Source of the DNA: Marsupella aquatica
Taxonomy: Eukaryota > Plantae > Marchantiophyta
Reading direction: 5' to 3'
Assembly (NCBI GenBank): GCA_973895155.1
Contig: OZ316893.1
Coordinates: 26,276,798-26,340,797 of the forward strand
Length of the DNA stretch: 64,000 bases
Shown in pieces: positions 1 through 14,010 of the stretch (its first letter is position 1; each line of letters opens with the position of its first letter). The notes under the pieces were generated by a model. The model was given only the letters and a program-made list of their open reading frames with translations. It had not been told where the DNA came from and ran no database searches. The translations under genes were made by a program, and so were the position numbers.

Positions 1-64
1 TAGCCATTATACCATCGATCGGAACTCTGATAGATTTGATGCGGAATCTGGAAATCCATGTTAC

Positions 65-643
65 CTGCTCGATGTGGCCCTGAGGGAAATAGGCCACCAA
101 GCTATTGACGGGAGGGAGAGTGTGCTGCGGCCCAGCACAAGCGTACCACAACTCTGCGTCCATTTCCTCCTCATCTGATGAAACGAAAGAACAGAATACA
201 CTCAGTAACAAAGATTGCAGCAGCATGGAGTTCACAACCAGGCTTCAGTTGTAAACGTTCATCATCGAACTGGGAGTGACTGTAAACGATATCATTTCGC
301 GGAAATGATGGAGGCCCCAAAGCTGTGGAAAACAGAACATACTTCTACAAGACGCGAAAAGGTGGGTCGAGGAGTCACTAAGTCAAAGGAAGGGGTCGAA
401 ACCTCGTACAGAAAGAATAGGAACCACAGCAGAGCAACCCATACGATGTAGACACAAGCTTTTAAGTCATGGATGGCAAACTGGAGTAAACCAAGAAACG
501 ACCTGCATACAAGTATGAACATGGTTTGCGTACTCACCGCGGTGGAAATAGTTAGAGGTCTTAGAAGTCTTCGAAGAGCGCGTCATTGAGCGATCCCCTT
601 GTTGCATGCTCATACCGTCGCTTCCATAAGGCTGACGAAACAT
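65..643 (-). CDS. ARF: Auxin response factor (ARF) family gene, coding exons 1-2 (643..538, 174..65); continues beyond the left edge
   Basis: Exon 1 is MFRQPYGS...NYFHR with a phase-1 G|GTGAGT donor. It joins CAG|AT to exon 2, [37 protein letters not shown]|GTAAC. This matches the ARF DD1 motif ELWxACAGP...YFPQGHxEQ, with the usual intron after GHxEQ. Confidence 0.92.
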
Positions 644-2330
644 GGATGTCTTACTGCTCCTGCTAACCAATCCTCTTGCTCTGCTCTATTCAAACTAAGC
701 TCTTCTCCTCGGAACTTCTCTGCTCTGCTATGTAAGTCCGGAGCTCTTCCGTAATCGATTTAACAGAGTGCTTCCCTGTGCCTTAAGCTACCGACATGTT
801 CTGTTCTCCTTCAAAGACTAGCCGTGTTCTCCATTCCGTGAAAGACCCAGTTTGGCCAACGCCCATCAACCTGCTCCCTGGTCACGTTCCGCTTTACCTA
901 TATTTCCTATCTCACAATCAGCTTGTCTACTCGCAACGAACGGAGAGAAGCTCCGAGCAGAGTAGAGGGGGTATCTAAAACCAAGGTAACTCCGCCCTAG
1001 GAACTCTGCCCCCACCCTCGGAGTCCAGTTTACAACAATCAGCAGCCGTTCCGGAACCAAAACCCCTGTGCTCCGACACGATTGCCTTCGTCGTCCAAAA
1101 GTAGCATTGATTGGAACCGAAACCCACAGCATCGACCACTTACAAAGCAAGCAAGCAAGCCCTTCTTCGATGAGCCCGTCGACCGACCCACCAACCGATC
1201 CGATGAGAAGCTTATTACACAGCCCACCGAGGAACGAAAACGTACTCGCCCACCTCTCCCCCTGCGCGATCGTCACCTGTTCGATGCTGCAACGGCGAGT
1301 GAGTGCATCTGGACGCAAGACTCCGGCAGCAAGCACCTCGTGGAGCTCAGGAAAAGAAGCGAGTGTGGTGGAATGCGGATGCCGATAGTAGAATAGTGGC
1401 TAGATAGAAAGAAAGAAAGAAAAGAAAGAAAGGAAGTGGGGAAGGCAGCAAGCGTGGCTGCGCGGCAGGCAAGAGTTGGGAGGATATGAGAAAGAAAGAT
1501 CTAAAGCTGCTGCAGCTCCTGCAGCTGCTGAACTGGGTGATCTCTCCTCTGCTCTGCTCCTCTCAATGAATGTGCCTCCCTCGTCCTCCTCCTTCTCTGC
1601 TCCTGCCTGGCCCCGGTCAGACGGCACGAGCAAGAACAACGATCACCAGAAAAGAATGAAGCTACGCTACTAGGCTGCAGCAGCAGCAGTAGTAGCCAGG
1701 AACAGTAGAAAGGGTGACTTGTGGCAAATGAAAGAGTGGATGGAAAGGGGAAGAAACCTCCCAGCAACAGCACTTCATCACCTGTGATCACTCACTCCCT
1801 CACTCCCCACACATCGGCAAGCAAAGCAAGGCAAAAGCAGCGGACTTGGTGTGTGGGTGTGGGGCACAGACCCACTCCGTGTACCACCCCTAGGAATCAA
1901 AATATGCTGCTCCTCCTGCGGCTACTGGGTCCCCTCTCAAACACCTCACCTCAGCAGCGTGGGAGACGAAGGTATGTCGGAATCTACGGCGCTGGGGACA
2001 GAAAACAGTGCCGTCCCAAGAGACTGGTAGAAAAAGGAGACTTCTCTTCTCCTCTTTCACCTCAAGAGCAACAAGAAGAAGAAAGAAGAAGAGGCCCAAG
2101 AGAGAAGCGGAAACTGTACACTGTAGTGGAGAGCTCCTGCCTTCCTGTTTGATGGAGCTCAAAAGGGGATGAGAAAGATGGAGTTTCGGTCCTGTTTGAT
2201 GGAGCTCGGGATGAGAAAGATGGAGACTCGCTGCTGTGTGACGGAGCTCAAAGGGAGGGAGGAAAAGGGGGCGAGGGGTAGGAGGGGGGAGGAACTCGAG
2301 GAGGGAGGGGGAGGATCACGAAAGTCCACA
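644..2330 (-). promoter_or_regulatory. Putative long 5' leader of the ARF gene with multiple upstream ORFs
   Basis: The minus strand is CT/TTC-rich as expected for a UTR. Upstream ATGs lie at about 1814, 1779, 1308, 1132, 1107, 866, 834 and 797. The TSS and any leader introns were not determined. Confidence 0.5.
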
Positions 2331-2631
2331 CAAGAAGGGAATCAAGATGGGCGTCCCCACAAGGATAAGATGACGCCATCCAGGACGTATTTCGTGCTAA
2401 TTATTCTCACGCAGGAATGGGGCGCCTGCCCGGCCTGCTGCCAACCTGCCTGCCCGTCGTTGCGTTTATATTCTCACGCAGGATTTAATGGGGCTCGATC
2501 CCTCTCCCCGCTCATAAAAAAAATATTTTTGTTTCCTTATCTCGCTACTGCGTCCTCGCTACCTGCCCGCCTGCCTGCCCCGTATACTCGACCGACCCCC
2601 CTTCCGGCCTTTCCATCCCCCGGGCTGAGAT

Positions 2632-2720
2632 GCCCGTCACCCCAAACAGGACAGTTTCTGTCTACCCTCGCTGCCCGTCACCCCAAACAGGACTAGCTCT
2701 GTCTACCATCGCTGCCCGTC
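2632..2720. repeat. ~41-bp tandem duplication in the GC-rich ARF upstream region
   Basis: GCCCGTCACCCCAAACAGGAC..TCTGTCTACC.TCGCT occurs twice, and a related AAACAGGACAGCTCCTGTCT is at about 2890. Confidence 0.75.
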
Positions 2721-4619
2721 CCCGCCGTACAGGTGCGGATGAAGGCACAGCGGCCCAGACAGCCCCCCTTCCGCCCTCCTCCTGCCCGTTCGTCAATCGC
2801 CATCGCTCGACACAAGAAATTTCACAGTCTCTGTACGGAGAGGGCGGACAAAGGTCAGATCGCGCTTCATCATCGGCCAGGATCGCGCGAAACAGGACAG
2901 CTCCTGTCTGGTGCGCAGAAGGGGAACGCCCACCTGGAGCCATTTGGGTTGCTGAAATTATTTTTTCCTCCTATGGGGAAGCAGACGGGAAATAGGAGTC
3001 GGAGAGTTTGTCCGCATCTTGATGCGGGTTTACCTGTCACGGTGACCGCAGTCAAATCTGACGGCAGGTGTTGGCTTCCCGCCACGCGGTCCGATCGGCA
3101 CGGACGTCGCGTGTCGCGGTTACCCGTGCAGAGACCGAGTTGGGGGGATTAGGGGGGGGGGGGATGAGGGGTCCGCAGGCAGCCGCATTTTTCTTTAAAG
3201 CTGCAGGAGAAGGTGGAAAAAATTCGGCCCTACACGGCACGAGGTTTAAATTTAGGCACGCCGGAAAGCCGTCGATGAGGGGAAGCGCAGCGAGATGGAC
3301 GCTCCGCAGGTGCCTGTCCGGAAACAGGATTCGGCGCAGGGCAGCGAACGGGAGGCCAATGAGGAATCTCTCGCCGGGCATCTGCCCATGCCCGCGGGCG
3401 GTGGAAAATATAAAGGAGCCACTCGCGGACGGGGGGCAGACCGCAGGGGGGCTCGCGAAAGTCTCGAATTGCAGATCGTTCTGTCACATGCCGTGGCGTG
3501 GCAGGGCAGGGCAGGGATGGGTTTTTGTCTCCTCGCAGAGGGCACGGTCCCATCCCGTCCATCACATCATGTTTCTGTTCCTCATTCCGGCCCTCACTCC
3601 GTCCGCCCGTCCGTGCCTCCTTGACTCCCACGCGGCAGAGCAAGGACGTTTGTTCCAGCCCGCGGGCAGGAGGTGGGTGCCCAGGCGGGACCAAAAGTAT
3701 GGGCAGGGCAGGTGCCCAACGGTCGAGGGGGGGACGGGGGCTCTTGTAAATCGACATCGGTCGGTGTTTGAGCCCAATTGCCTCCGTTGATTTGTCGACG
3801 TATACCTCGTGTGGGCAGTCCTAAGTTGCCCTTCCGTCCATCCGAGAACACTTGGGGCTACAGGTGAATTATTATTAGAAGGGGTTTACCGAGGCTGATG
3901 AATTCCGTGGGGACAATCACGTTCGTGCAGACCTGCTAAAACCATTGATCTATACATTCATTTTGTAGCTGAAAAAAGAATATGCTTACTGTACTGGGCG
4001 AAAGGAGGAATTTACTAAAAATGTGCCAAACAAAAGTACTGTACAATAGGGCTATCAGAAAAGTATTATTACTAAAAAAACATAAGATTAGTAAAGTGAT
4101 TGTATTTAGGGAACCCTTTTATGGCACTGTATTAACACGCCCTAATGGACTTAAAGCAAAAGAGTAGAGGACAGACATTACACTCAAAAGAATAGGTAAT
4201 ATGCAAGCCACTAATATACACCACCGCAATGATATCCTGATCTAATGGTCCACATTTATCCTAAGTTTACTAGTGGTGCATGGATAGATACACTGACAAA
4301 TAAGAGTTTATACCAAAATGCTTGAAATATTCCCAAACTATGAATAGGAATTCTATCAGAGTTTCACACAAGATAACCACAATTTAGAATGTAGGAAGCT
4401 GAAATCCAGATAATTCTTGTATCCACAGTGTTGGAGGTAACTTAGCATTCTAGTAAACATGCAATCAAAACATCAACTCCAAAAATTCAGAACAAAACGA
4501 GAAAATGCACATATGTACTCTATGAACCGAGTCAAAACCTTGGCACGAGAAAAACGCAATTCATCACATAAAACAACAAAAAACTCAATAGTGAATTCGT
4601 CCTAAAACAAATCCCATTT

Positions 4620-5065
4620 AATAGTACTGTAGTGGAAACTACAGTTAATAACTTGTTGTCAACGAGACACAAGAGAAGCACACACCCACATAAAAAATCA
4701 TCAAGCACGGATGTGAATTCATTCTTCTAATTTAAAATGAAAAGCATTCCTAAAATGTGGGTGAGTACTGTAGTGGAAAACTAGAGGCAATAATTTGACA
4801 CAAGAAAACCATATAACCTACCCCATAGAAAATCAATCAGGCACGGATGCGAGTTCATTCTTAAATTAAGGAAAAGCATTTAGCGAGTGCTGTAGTGGGA
4901 AACTAGAGTCAATAAACTTGACACAAGAAACCATAAACTACCCCATAGAAAAATCAACGAACACGGATGTGGGATCAGTCTTTGAAAGAAAGAAAAAAAC
5001 ACATTTTAAGACGTGAGTGAGTACTGTAGTGGGAAACCAGAGTCAATAAGTTGTCGTCAACAAGA
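4620..5065. repeat. Degenerate tandem repeat, ~120-140-bp unit, ~3.5 copies
   Basis: AGTACTGTAGTGG(G)AAACTAGAG...GACACAAGAAA...CACGGATG recurs at about 4623, 4764, 4885 and 5020. Confidence 0.85.
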
Positions 5066-6597
5066 CGTGCTGTGCTGCTACAGTCAGTGTTTGCGCATTC
5101 CCCGGTCAGGATGGAATGCAATTCCCGTCGACGAATCGTCGCGCTCCTCGGGGGGGGCAGTACTACGGCACTGTACCACAGTACCGCTAACACTGTAGTA
5201 AACTTCCGGTCTGCTCTGGTCTGCTCTGGTCTGCCCTGGTCGCGCCTGGCCTGACCCGAATCCCCGTAGGAAAATGAGAAAACTTCCTGTGACCGTAGCC
5301 CGTAGCCCGGAGGGCAGCACTGAAGAGCACTTACTTGCCGCGGAGAGGGCTGAGTCGGGCAGGGGCAGGGGCAGGGCAGGGGCAGGCCGGACAAGAAACG
5401 TTTCACGCGTGAGAATAATGTGGCACTTTCTCTGGAAAAGCTTGAACCCAGTTTTTAGAAGACATCAATCGGTACGGTACCAACCAGAGCATGCATGCAA
5501 CTTGAGATCTCCGCTATTCTCGCTGCCCCAGTTCCCCACTGACTTCGTTTCCCCTCCTGCCCTTTTCAGGAATCGATTTTCCTCTAGTCTAGTAGACCCT
5601 TCCACCATGCCCCCTCCACCCTGCCCTGCCCCTTCCCTGCCCGCCCTGCCCTGCCCTCTCGTCTTCCTGCTGTTGCTTTAGGAGGGAGACTACTGGTGTC
5701 TTGTACCACATCAGAAATGTCGAAGAGAGAGAATTCTGGGGAACAATCAAGAAAGCGATAAGGTATTAGTCGCTCACCAAAAACAACAATTAAAAACTTG
5801 CACTCAAAATAATTCCTCCTTTTCTGATGTTGGGGTGGACCATACTGTTAGATTAGGTACTCTGATGAACATGAAATATTATTTTTTTTAATTTTGGAGA
5901 CAGTTTTTTTGCCAACGTACAGTGAGACAAGTTCAAGAGGGAGAATTTTGGGAATAAGCAAGAAAGCGAAGCAGCAGTACCTCTCAAAATAATTTTTAAA
6001 TTGCTCTCAAAACAGTTCCTCCTTAGTTTGGTGAATCATGTCAATCCTTGGATGGACCACAATGTTTGCTGAGGGACTCTGATAGACCTAGCATATGTTT
6101 TACCCAAAACAGTGAGCATTCATACAAAGAAATGATGCTACTGGAGTGTAATCAATGTTTCAGAGTTTCAATCTTGTCAAACATGATGGTTTTTAGCTTC
6201 TCTTTTTTCAGAACTGAAAATGAAATTCTCAACTTATCTAATTTAAGTTGCTTGGTTGACCCCTGCCACGGGTTTTTCATGGCCCTTATTTTATAAATAA
6301 ACTAAAAATAATTTCAAGGAAGTTGCTTGGTTGTAACATTGAGACCGTGGTGGCTCCGGGTTTGCTTTTTGTGTTCTTAAAATGAGTAAATAAACCATTA
6401 GGACATTTGTCCTCTTTTTGCCATGGTCAGGGTCACACTTGACTTTGAGCAGCACCTGGGTCTTTCCTGATCATGGTTCTATCGGACTCAAAGCATTTCC
6501 TTACACCTCAAATATTTGTTCTGAAAAGTTGGAGAAAGAAATTTCCTTAGGATGGGCTACAAAGTTTGACCAAACCAATGAAATAGGGCTTCTCATA

Positions 6598-6739
6598 TCT
6601 CAAAATTTGATTGACCTTAATACAGTAGTAAGGTTGCGGACAGACAAAATTATGGACTATCAAATTCATAGTCCATAAAGTTTTGTGTCCATAACCAGTA
6701 ACCAGGGAGTTAAGGTCTATCAAATTGTCAACTTTGAGA
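6598..6739. mobile_element. Fold-back (MITE-like) inverted repeat
   Basis: There is a perfect central stem TTATGGACTAT/ATAGTCCATAA (6650-6678). The outer arms are TTTGATTGACCTTAA/TTAAGGTCTATCAAA and TCTCAAA/TTTGAGA. Confidence 0.65.
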
Positions 6740-9700
6740 CACCATAATGTGGAACATGCTAGAGAAAAAAACCAAAGAACCTTTTACATGACCCAATGAA
6801 AAAGCTATCAGCAACTTTGAAACTACCCTCATGGACCAGGCACTTTTTTGACATCCAAGATGGTGATTGGTTGTCCAAAAGGCAAGCTGCGGTTTGAGTA
6901 AAACAAATATTCAAGCTGGTCCACATTGGTTTAGGCAATGCATCCAAGCATTTTGTCAAACACCATGCTCCATGGCCCTTCACCGGGTCTCCTGAGTTTG
7001 GGATCTCCTTCTCCTGTTGGATCTCCCTTCTCCAGTTTTTTAGAAAGAAGGGGAAACCCCACCCTAGAAGAAATGTAGCATAACTTCCGAGAGGTATGGC
7101 TGCAACTCTTACATATATTGGGGTTAAGGGGTACAAAGGTTTCAGGTCAAAGTCTCATATGTTCATGTGTATCTCAATGGCTCAACATCTGATTCCGCAA
7201 CCACAGGTTGAAAGTTTAAACGTTGTAATGTCGCTTAGTGGCTTTGCCTGTGGATGATGATAGGTACTATATGAAAACTCTATTGCATAAGGGGCAATCA
7301 AAAGCCAAAAGATGTGCCTAGAGTCTAGAGTGAGGCTCATGACTTGGGGCACAGCTAGGGTTAAATTGGAACTGGAAGTTGGCTTTCTACTAACTACCAC
7401 TGAAAGCTAGGATAAGGGCCTATGTCTCGAATGAATCCAGTAGACCTTGATTTGGGGGGCACAACTACTGTTTGGGATGAAACTATAAACCGTCAAGATT
7501 GATACTCACCATCTCTTTATGAGCAAAGCTCTAACATTCAGGGTTTTGGGCTCAACCAGTTGTGAGTCTCGGGGTTCCCCTAGAAAAATGGATGGCCAAT
7601 GAAAGTGGAATAAACCCAGAATCCAGGTCAGCTACTGAAAACAAGCCTACAGGAGCAACAGGATGCTCGTGGAATATTTTGGGGCTGGACTATGGTTGTT
7701 GGCCAAAAATTCCATGGGCCACAAGGGTTAGATGTGTGATTGATTCTTTCGTGTCAGGTGCCCTTGTGCCCGGCCCTTGTGTGGGAATGAAAAAGCGTTG
7801 TTGTGTTTGATAAAAAAACAATGGAGGCTCATTCTCTAAAAATTCCGGGTGTGGGCAACAGCATACTTCACACGCACAAGAACCACAATTTTCACATGGG
7901 CTTATTGTACTTTGACTTCGGATTTGCCACACACTTGCCTTGCCAGAAGCTTCAACTCTATCTTGCCATGTCGCTCAATAAATGAGATTCTTTCGTGTCA
8001 ATTGAAAACTCATTTAAAAAGGCAATTGCAGTGCTTCGCACGCTATGTTTAGAATTTTGCAAGTATGTCTTGGAGTGACATTGCAGGAATCATCGTGTGA
8101 AAAGCAATGTATAAAAAATAACCTACAGTGGTGGCTGTTGTAGTCATCTAAGTTAAGTAGGACTAAAATAATCTTTAGTTTTAGTCCCAACACTCGCATG
8201 TATGCGGACAAAATGCCTCCCTTTAATCAGACTCCCCATGTCCGTCCCTACTGAAATCCATAGTTTACATATCAAGTCTTATGGTAGCAGAGAAATTAAA
8301 GCCTATGGCATCACCCTATCGAAAAGGTCATGAAAGATAGACTTTGATGGTGCACTGTATTATAATTAGTGGATTACATTTTCTTGACAAAGGCTACTCT
8401 CAACAGTCACAACCCACACCTATTTGCTTACCCTTTACGATGGGTCTATGTGGTTGTCATTGACTATTGCTTACCAACCCACTTCAACTACACGTTAACT
8501 TTCTAATGTCTTGTTTTTTCTGCCTGCTATTGCAGAACGTTGGCCATTCTATATTTCCTGCATAGATAACCTATTATTTTCAGAAGAGTTTGAGTATTCC
8601 AAGATGCAAGCATTACTTAGGGTTCTTCCTTGTCTGAGTGGTTAGCCAGTTGCGCCACCTGGCTACTTAGGCTTGATTTCCCCTCCTCCCACCCCTCCTT
8701 CAAAAAGAAGCAACCATTACACAGGTTGGCACTCAATTCTGAAGTATTCTGTTTGGATTTGACCATTAAACAGAACTTGGTCCAGTTCATGTATTCTACA
8801 CTACTGCAAAACAATTCAATCCAATTATTACATGTTGAACTGACCTTACTCTCTTGTGAGGATATTTGCATTCAGACAAATTCAATCATAGCTAATTCTG
8901 TGCTCCCTGATTTAGTCCAGGAACGAGAGAGGATAAAAACATCAAAGGGTGTTGACAACAAGGAGGCAGACTACCTTAATTGAGAGAGCACCTTGTAAAG
9001 AATTTTGTCATCTGCTTGTGGAGATGTGTTTTACTTGTGGCCAAACCACCATCACTTACCACTGCTCTACATCAATTGAGCCATCATTGATGGTGACATT
9101 TTATTAACAGCGACTTAGGCCACAGTCTAGTGGGGCCCAGCTCTCCTATCCTAAGCACAATTTCGGTTGTGGGCAAACTAGCCTCTCAACTACCTCAACT
9201 TGAAGCGGCAGCCTGCAAGAAATTATGTGATAGAAAATTAAAAACCAAAAAAACACGCAACTTTTACCAGGCAGTTGCAGTCACTAAGTGGTGGCTTAGT
9301 GAGCCCTTATAAATGGAAGTTAACCTCTTCAGTCTCCATATATTCATTCAACATCTTCTCAATATGGACAATGATGCTCCCATGGACCAAGCACAAGAAC
9401 CATGCAACCAGCATAGACAGTGACACCTTTACACCTTCACTCATTGACACCCTTCTCTTTTCCAAAATGTTTTGAACAACAAATGTAGACCATCAATATC
9501 TCCCTTGAAATTCACAAAACTGGATCTTCTTGTGCTAGTTCGAAGCAAATTGGAAATATCTTAGTTTTCATGCATTATTGAGAGAACTACAAATTTCCAA
9601 AAAAACTACAATATCACCCATTTTCCAAGTTTTTCTAAATAAACCTTGACCTTCAAACAAACTTTGCCTTTCCCTCTGTATCAAACCAAATCTAGTGTCT

Positions 9701-12700
9701 CTGGGTCATATGGAACAGTTTGGGAAGATATTTGCAATGATGCTTATGGTCAAATTTCATTGAGAATTGAGAGATCAGTAGATTTTTAGAATGGACTGTC
9801 TTGTTTTCTTATCACAGTTCACTCATGGGTGTAATATGTACTATATGCCCCAAAAAGAGGTAGTTACGATAGCCCATCCAGGTAATAAAAGTTTAATTGA
9901 GCACTTGAGCAAACGTTGAGGGCATCCGGGCTTCAATTTCTCACAACAAGGACTGGTGTGTTTTAAAAGTTTCCTCTGTGTTGTGACCCTTGGGTGTCTT
10001 TGTCATTTGACTTGAGTCCCATTTTCCCCCTAAAAAGAGTCTGTCTCTTTTGACTTCTCCACTCTGGTTTCTCTGAGTCTTTACATATTTAAACATTAAA
10101 TGAACCATCACTCTTCTGAATCCAGGCCTAGATTTGTGTCATGTTCCCTGGAAAATCTGCCTATAAATGACTTGAAAAGCAACTCCAAGTACGCCTATTC
10201 TTGAAGACGTACTTTAGTTAGTTTCTTGTCCAGTGACTATGTTCAATGTAAATCGATGACTGTACAGTACTTCAAGTGAATGTCTAGTACAAGAGGACCA
10301 TTTTACTCAAAAAGGGCCCAAACAAAGTCTAGTTGCTAAGAAACCTTTTTGGCCAAGAAAAAACACTTAGCACCCTATTGGTTCAAGGGTTTCCATATGT
10401 GAGGAGGTACAATAACAGTCATCAATAAAAGAAAAAATATTCTCTAGAAAATTGTCTAAGAGACCATTAGGTGTGAACATGGATGTTTGATCTACCTTGA
10501 ACAAGGTACAGACCAGGACAATGTGAATCATATCCAAACCAAATGCGCAACAAAGACCAGCTTGGTGAAGCACACTTACACGTTACTTTCTTGGTAAGTC
10601 ATGACATTCTTGTGCAGTGCTGGAAGTGCTTCTAACCAGCAGTATGTGAGTTAGATGTTAGAGAGGTCTGAATTTAATGGCAAACCCCCCTCCCGGAGCC
10701 ACTACAATAATTTGAAACCTGCCCAAACATCAGCTGCCTTTATCCCAGACTTTTTCCCCTCCCTCTACGTTTGACTCCCCGGGCTGACTTCTTTTATTTG
10801 CAGCAGCATTTGGGGAGACTAGCAGTACTTGCCACCCTGCACCACGCAAGAAACTCATAACCGCTTGCGACCCACCAAGAAAGTATTGCAGAAGTTTGTC
10901 TCACCAACCTGTTTTGGTTTCGCACAGGGCCACCCCAAGCAAATTTCTCGCACAAATTAATTGCACATATTTTAACATTGATAATCTTCCCCTCACTAAT
11001 ACTCTGGATCAGATTGTGATAAAATTGCTTCCTATTTCCAAAAACAACTAGTAGAAATTTACCCTTTGCAATCCGGGTCTGCTTTAGTGATTTGTGCAAG
11101 CAACTCAAATCCATGCAGGAACCTTCCTTCACCAGAGGGAATAGATTAATTTGACTATCTCTTCTGAGCATATATCAAGCTCGGGGGCCTCACTCCAAGG
11201 GGGGCCCATCTCACACTTGATAGTTTTGGGTAATGATATAAATAAGGGAATAAATTGTAGAAATTTCATACTCCTAAGTTATTGAATATTTTAGAAATAT
11301 TTCTAAAATTGGTTTTATGAGTCCTTATAGTTTTTATTATTGTCAATGTTGGATTAGATACCGGGCTTGCATGCTTCAGCGTGGTTGTAAATCTTTTCCT
11401 TTGTAGTTTGGATACAATAGCCATAATGTGAATCCAGGCTAGGAGGCCACTCTACGGTGCTTGGGTACTCCAATGCAGTCATAGGATCCTTCATTTGTAG
11501 TTAGCAACATTGTATTTGACCAAGTGGTGAGGCCTCACTACTACTCTTGGGTGCTCTAATGCGACCATAAGACCCTTCATCTCTAGTTTGAATACAATAG
11601 TCACAATGAACTCAACAAAGCAGGAGGCCCTTGCGCTTTGGCACTTGCATGCTTCATTGTGGCCAGTGCCTACGGCCTTTGCTATTCATGCAATACACAT
11701 CTACCTTTTGATGTTACTATACTTGACTAACCAAAGTGTTATCAGGCTGCATAGTCAGTCTGAACTGTGTGGTAAACACTTTCACAATAATATACTCTAC
11801 GGAGTGGCCCTAGAGGTCCACCAGGAGACAATCTGAAACTTAGAGTCCACTGGGAAAGAATCTCCATCTTTTGGTCCATTAAGAAAAAAAGTTTGGTTTG
11901 GAAATCTTCATGGATTGACTCAATGAAAAAGGCAAAATATGCAATTGAGTTCACCATCAAATTCTTTGTACAGTTCACAACTCAGTTGTTTTGGTCATAT
12001 ACATCCAGTGAATTTTTTGGAATGTAAACCTCAATTGGCATGGTTACTGTAGATTGAGTTTTCACTGACAGTAAAGTAAGAATGTAAAAATGATGAGGAT
12101 AACCTTGATTGACGCCACTTGAACATAGTTGAAAGCACCAAAACAAACCTCCAAGATAATCCTTGACTCGTATTTGTCAGCTGCTGGGTGGCTTTCCATC
12201 TGCCTTAGAGCATTGTCCTGACCCTCTTTTTCTCTACCCCACATATTTGATGGTACATGCTCTTGTTTTCACCACTCCGGCGCCACTTTGCTTCATTTCC
12301 TTCTCCTGGAATATTTTTTCAGTACTTTCAACCTTGTTGGCCCACTTCGAATGGGTCTCTTGCATTCATTCATTCCTATTTTGCTCGTTTTATGGTTTCC
12401 ACTTCCAGTATGTACATACAATCTCATCCTGTGTACATTTGTGACATGTTTGTCTGTGTATGGATTTTTGATCTTGATGATTTGGTGGCATGTTTACGGC
12501 ATCTTTATGTCATGGTATTATCATGACAGTTCCCTAATAAAAACATGTTTCTCGCTGCAATGCCGCACTACCAACCAAATTGTGATGTAGGGAAACAAAT
12601 GCTGAGCATGGATAACTTTCACCCAAAGCGTATCAATAAAACGTTTCTCATTGAGCCAAACAAAGATCGCTTATGAGTACCAACGTGATACCCATGTCCA

Positions 12701-13429
12701 CAGTGATTTGTATAGTGCATTTGAAGTTTGGCCAACTTTTGAGTGTGGTTTTGGATTGTCAATCGCAACATATTCATCTCGATGCCAGCATGAGCATCTT
12801 CAACCTAACTGGAAACCCATAGTGTAAAGTGGGTCTGGACTGATCCAAGTAACTAAAATGCAAAAACTGAGTTCAACCAATACACTCGTATTCTATTGGA
12901 TGTTCAGGAAATCAGTTTTATGGTTAATGGATCTATATTGGAAAACAATACATACTTTTTGACTTTCTAGTGAATTGGTTTTTGGTTTGACAAGATAACA
13001 TTTGGAATATACAGTTGTTGACTTTCTAATGAGTGTGTTGTTGGGTTTCTAAGATTATAATCTGCGTTGATGTGAACCTGATTTCTAGTGAGTAGCTAAA
13101 TTATCCACTAAGGTTTGGGCCTGTTCCCATTGGTCATGACTCCTTGCTTACAATAAACTAGTAAAGGGTGTTTGTCAAATTGCAGTTTTGCCATAGTACC
13201 TTCTCGGCCCATGCAGGGCCTATGAGAAATATCGATGATATATCTTATTCCTGGCAGTAGTACTGTTGTAATTGAGTTATTTAATTTGAAAAACAGTTTT
13301 TACGCCAAAAGACAATGTTTACATCAAGGTGCTTAAACTGTATTTAAATTTACATCACGGTATTCTTTTCAGCTCTCACAGGCACTCTAAAACATTTTGT
13401 CTACCTCTATTCTTCCCATTCCATTGTAC

Positions 13430-14010
13430 TTTAGTTGGCCCTTGTAAATAATTTGGTCCCTTTTTCTTCTAAAGGTATGCTTGTTTTTATTGTTTGGGTG
13501 ATGAATCGTTGGACCTCTTTTGTTTTCATATCATTCTACTTTGTTTTGCCCTTTCGAATACTGGTCCTTTCTTTTCTAAAGGGACGTCTGTTCTCACTGT
13601 TTGGGTGCTGATTCTCTGGACCTCTTTTGGTTTCATTTTATTGTACTTTTTTAGGCCCTTTTGAATATTGGTCCTATTTTTCTAAGTGATGCCTATTTTG
13701 ATAGGGGTGTTTATTCTTGAGGTACATTTTTCATGATCCCAAAATTGAAATGTGTTACTTAATGGGACCCCTGAGTGACCCAGACAGTTGATAGACCTTA
13801 AATCAATTGTACCCAAAACCTCAGGGACATCATCAAGTAACACTTTAAATTTTGAGGGTCCAGCAGGGAAATACCTTGTCAATTCTCTCTTAACTTGTTT
13901 GTTTTCATTTCACTCTACTTTGTTTGGCCTCTTTCAATATTGGTCCTTTGGTTTCTAAAGCAATGTCTATTTTTATACTTTGGGTGTTTGTTCTATGGAT
14001 GTCTTTTGTT
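13430..14010. repeat. Degenerate ~115-bp T-rich tandem repeat interrupted by a MITE
   Basis: GCCCTT...TTGGTCC.TTT...TCTAAAG...TGTTTGGGTG..GGACCTCTTTTG units occur at about 13440, 13550, 13655 and 13925. Confidence 0.7.
13719..13878. mobile_element. Degenerate copy of the Mutator-like MITE family
   Basis: It has GAGGTA...TACCTT termini and shares TTGATAGACCTTAAATCAA...ACCCAAAA with the 35364-35523 copy. Its TGTTACTT/AAGTAACA inverted blocks resemble those of the 40487 copy. Confidence 0.55.

Noticed and set aside
3068-3790. 240-aa ORF and overlapping ORFs on both strands
   Set aside because: GC-rich, stop-poor sequence with no recognisable domain; treated as regulatory or non-coding.
6750-12900. 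Possible decayed LINE or DNA-transposase coding remnants (e.g. DMIHIVL near 10530, minus strand)
   Set aside because: Too degenerate to assign a family by eye; a tblastx or HMM search is needed.
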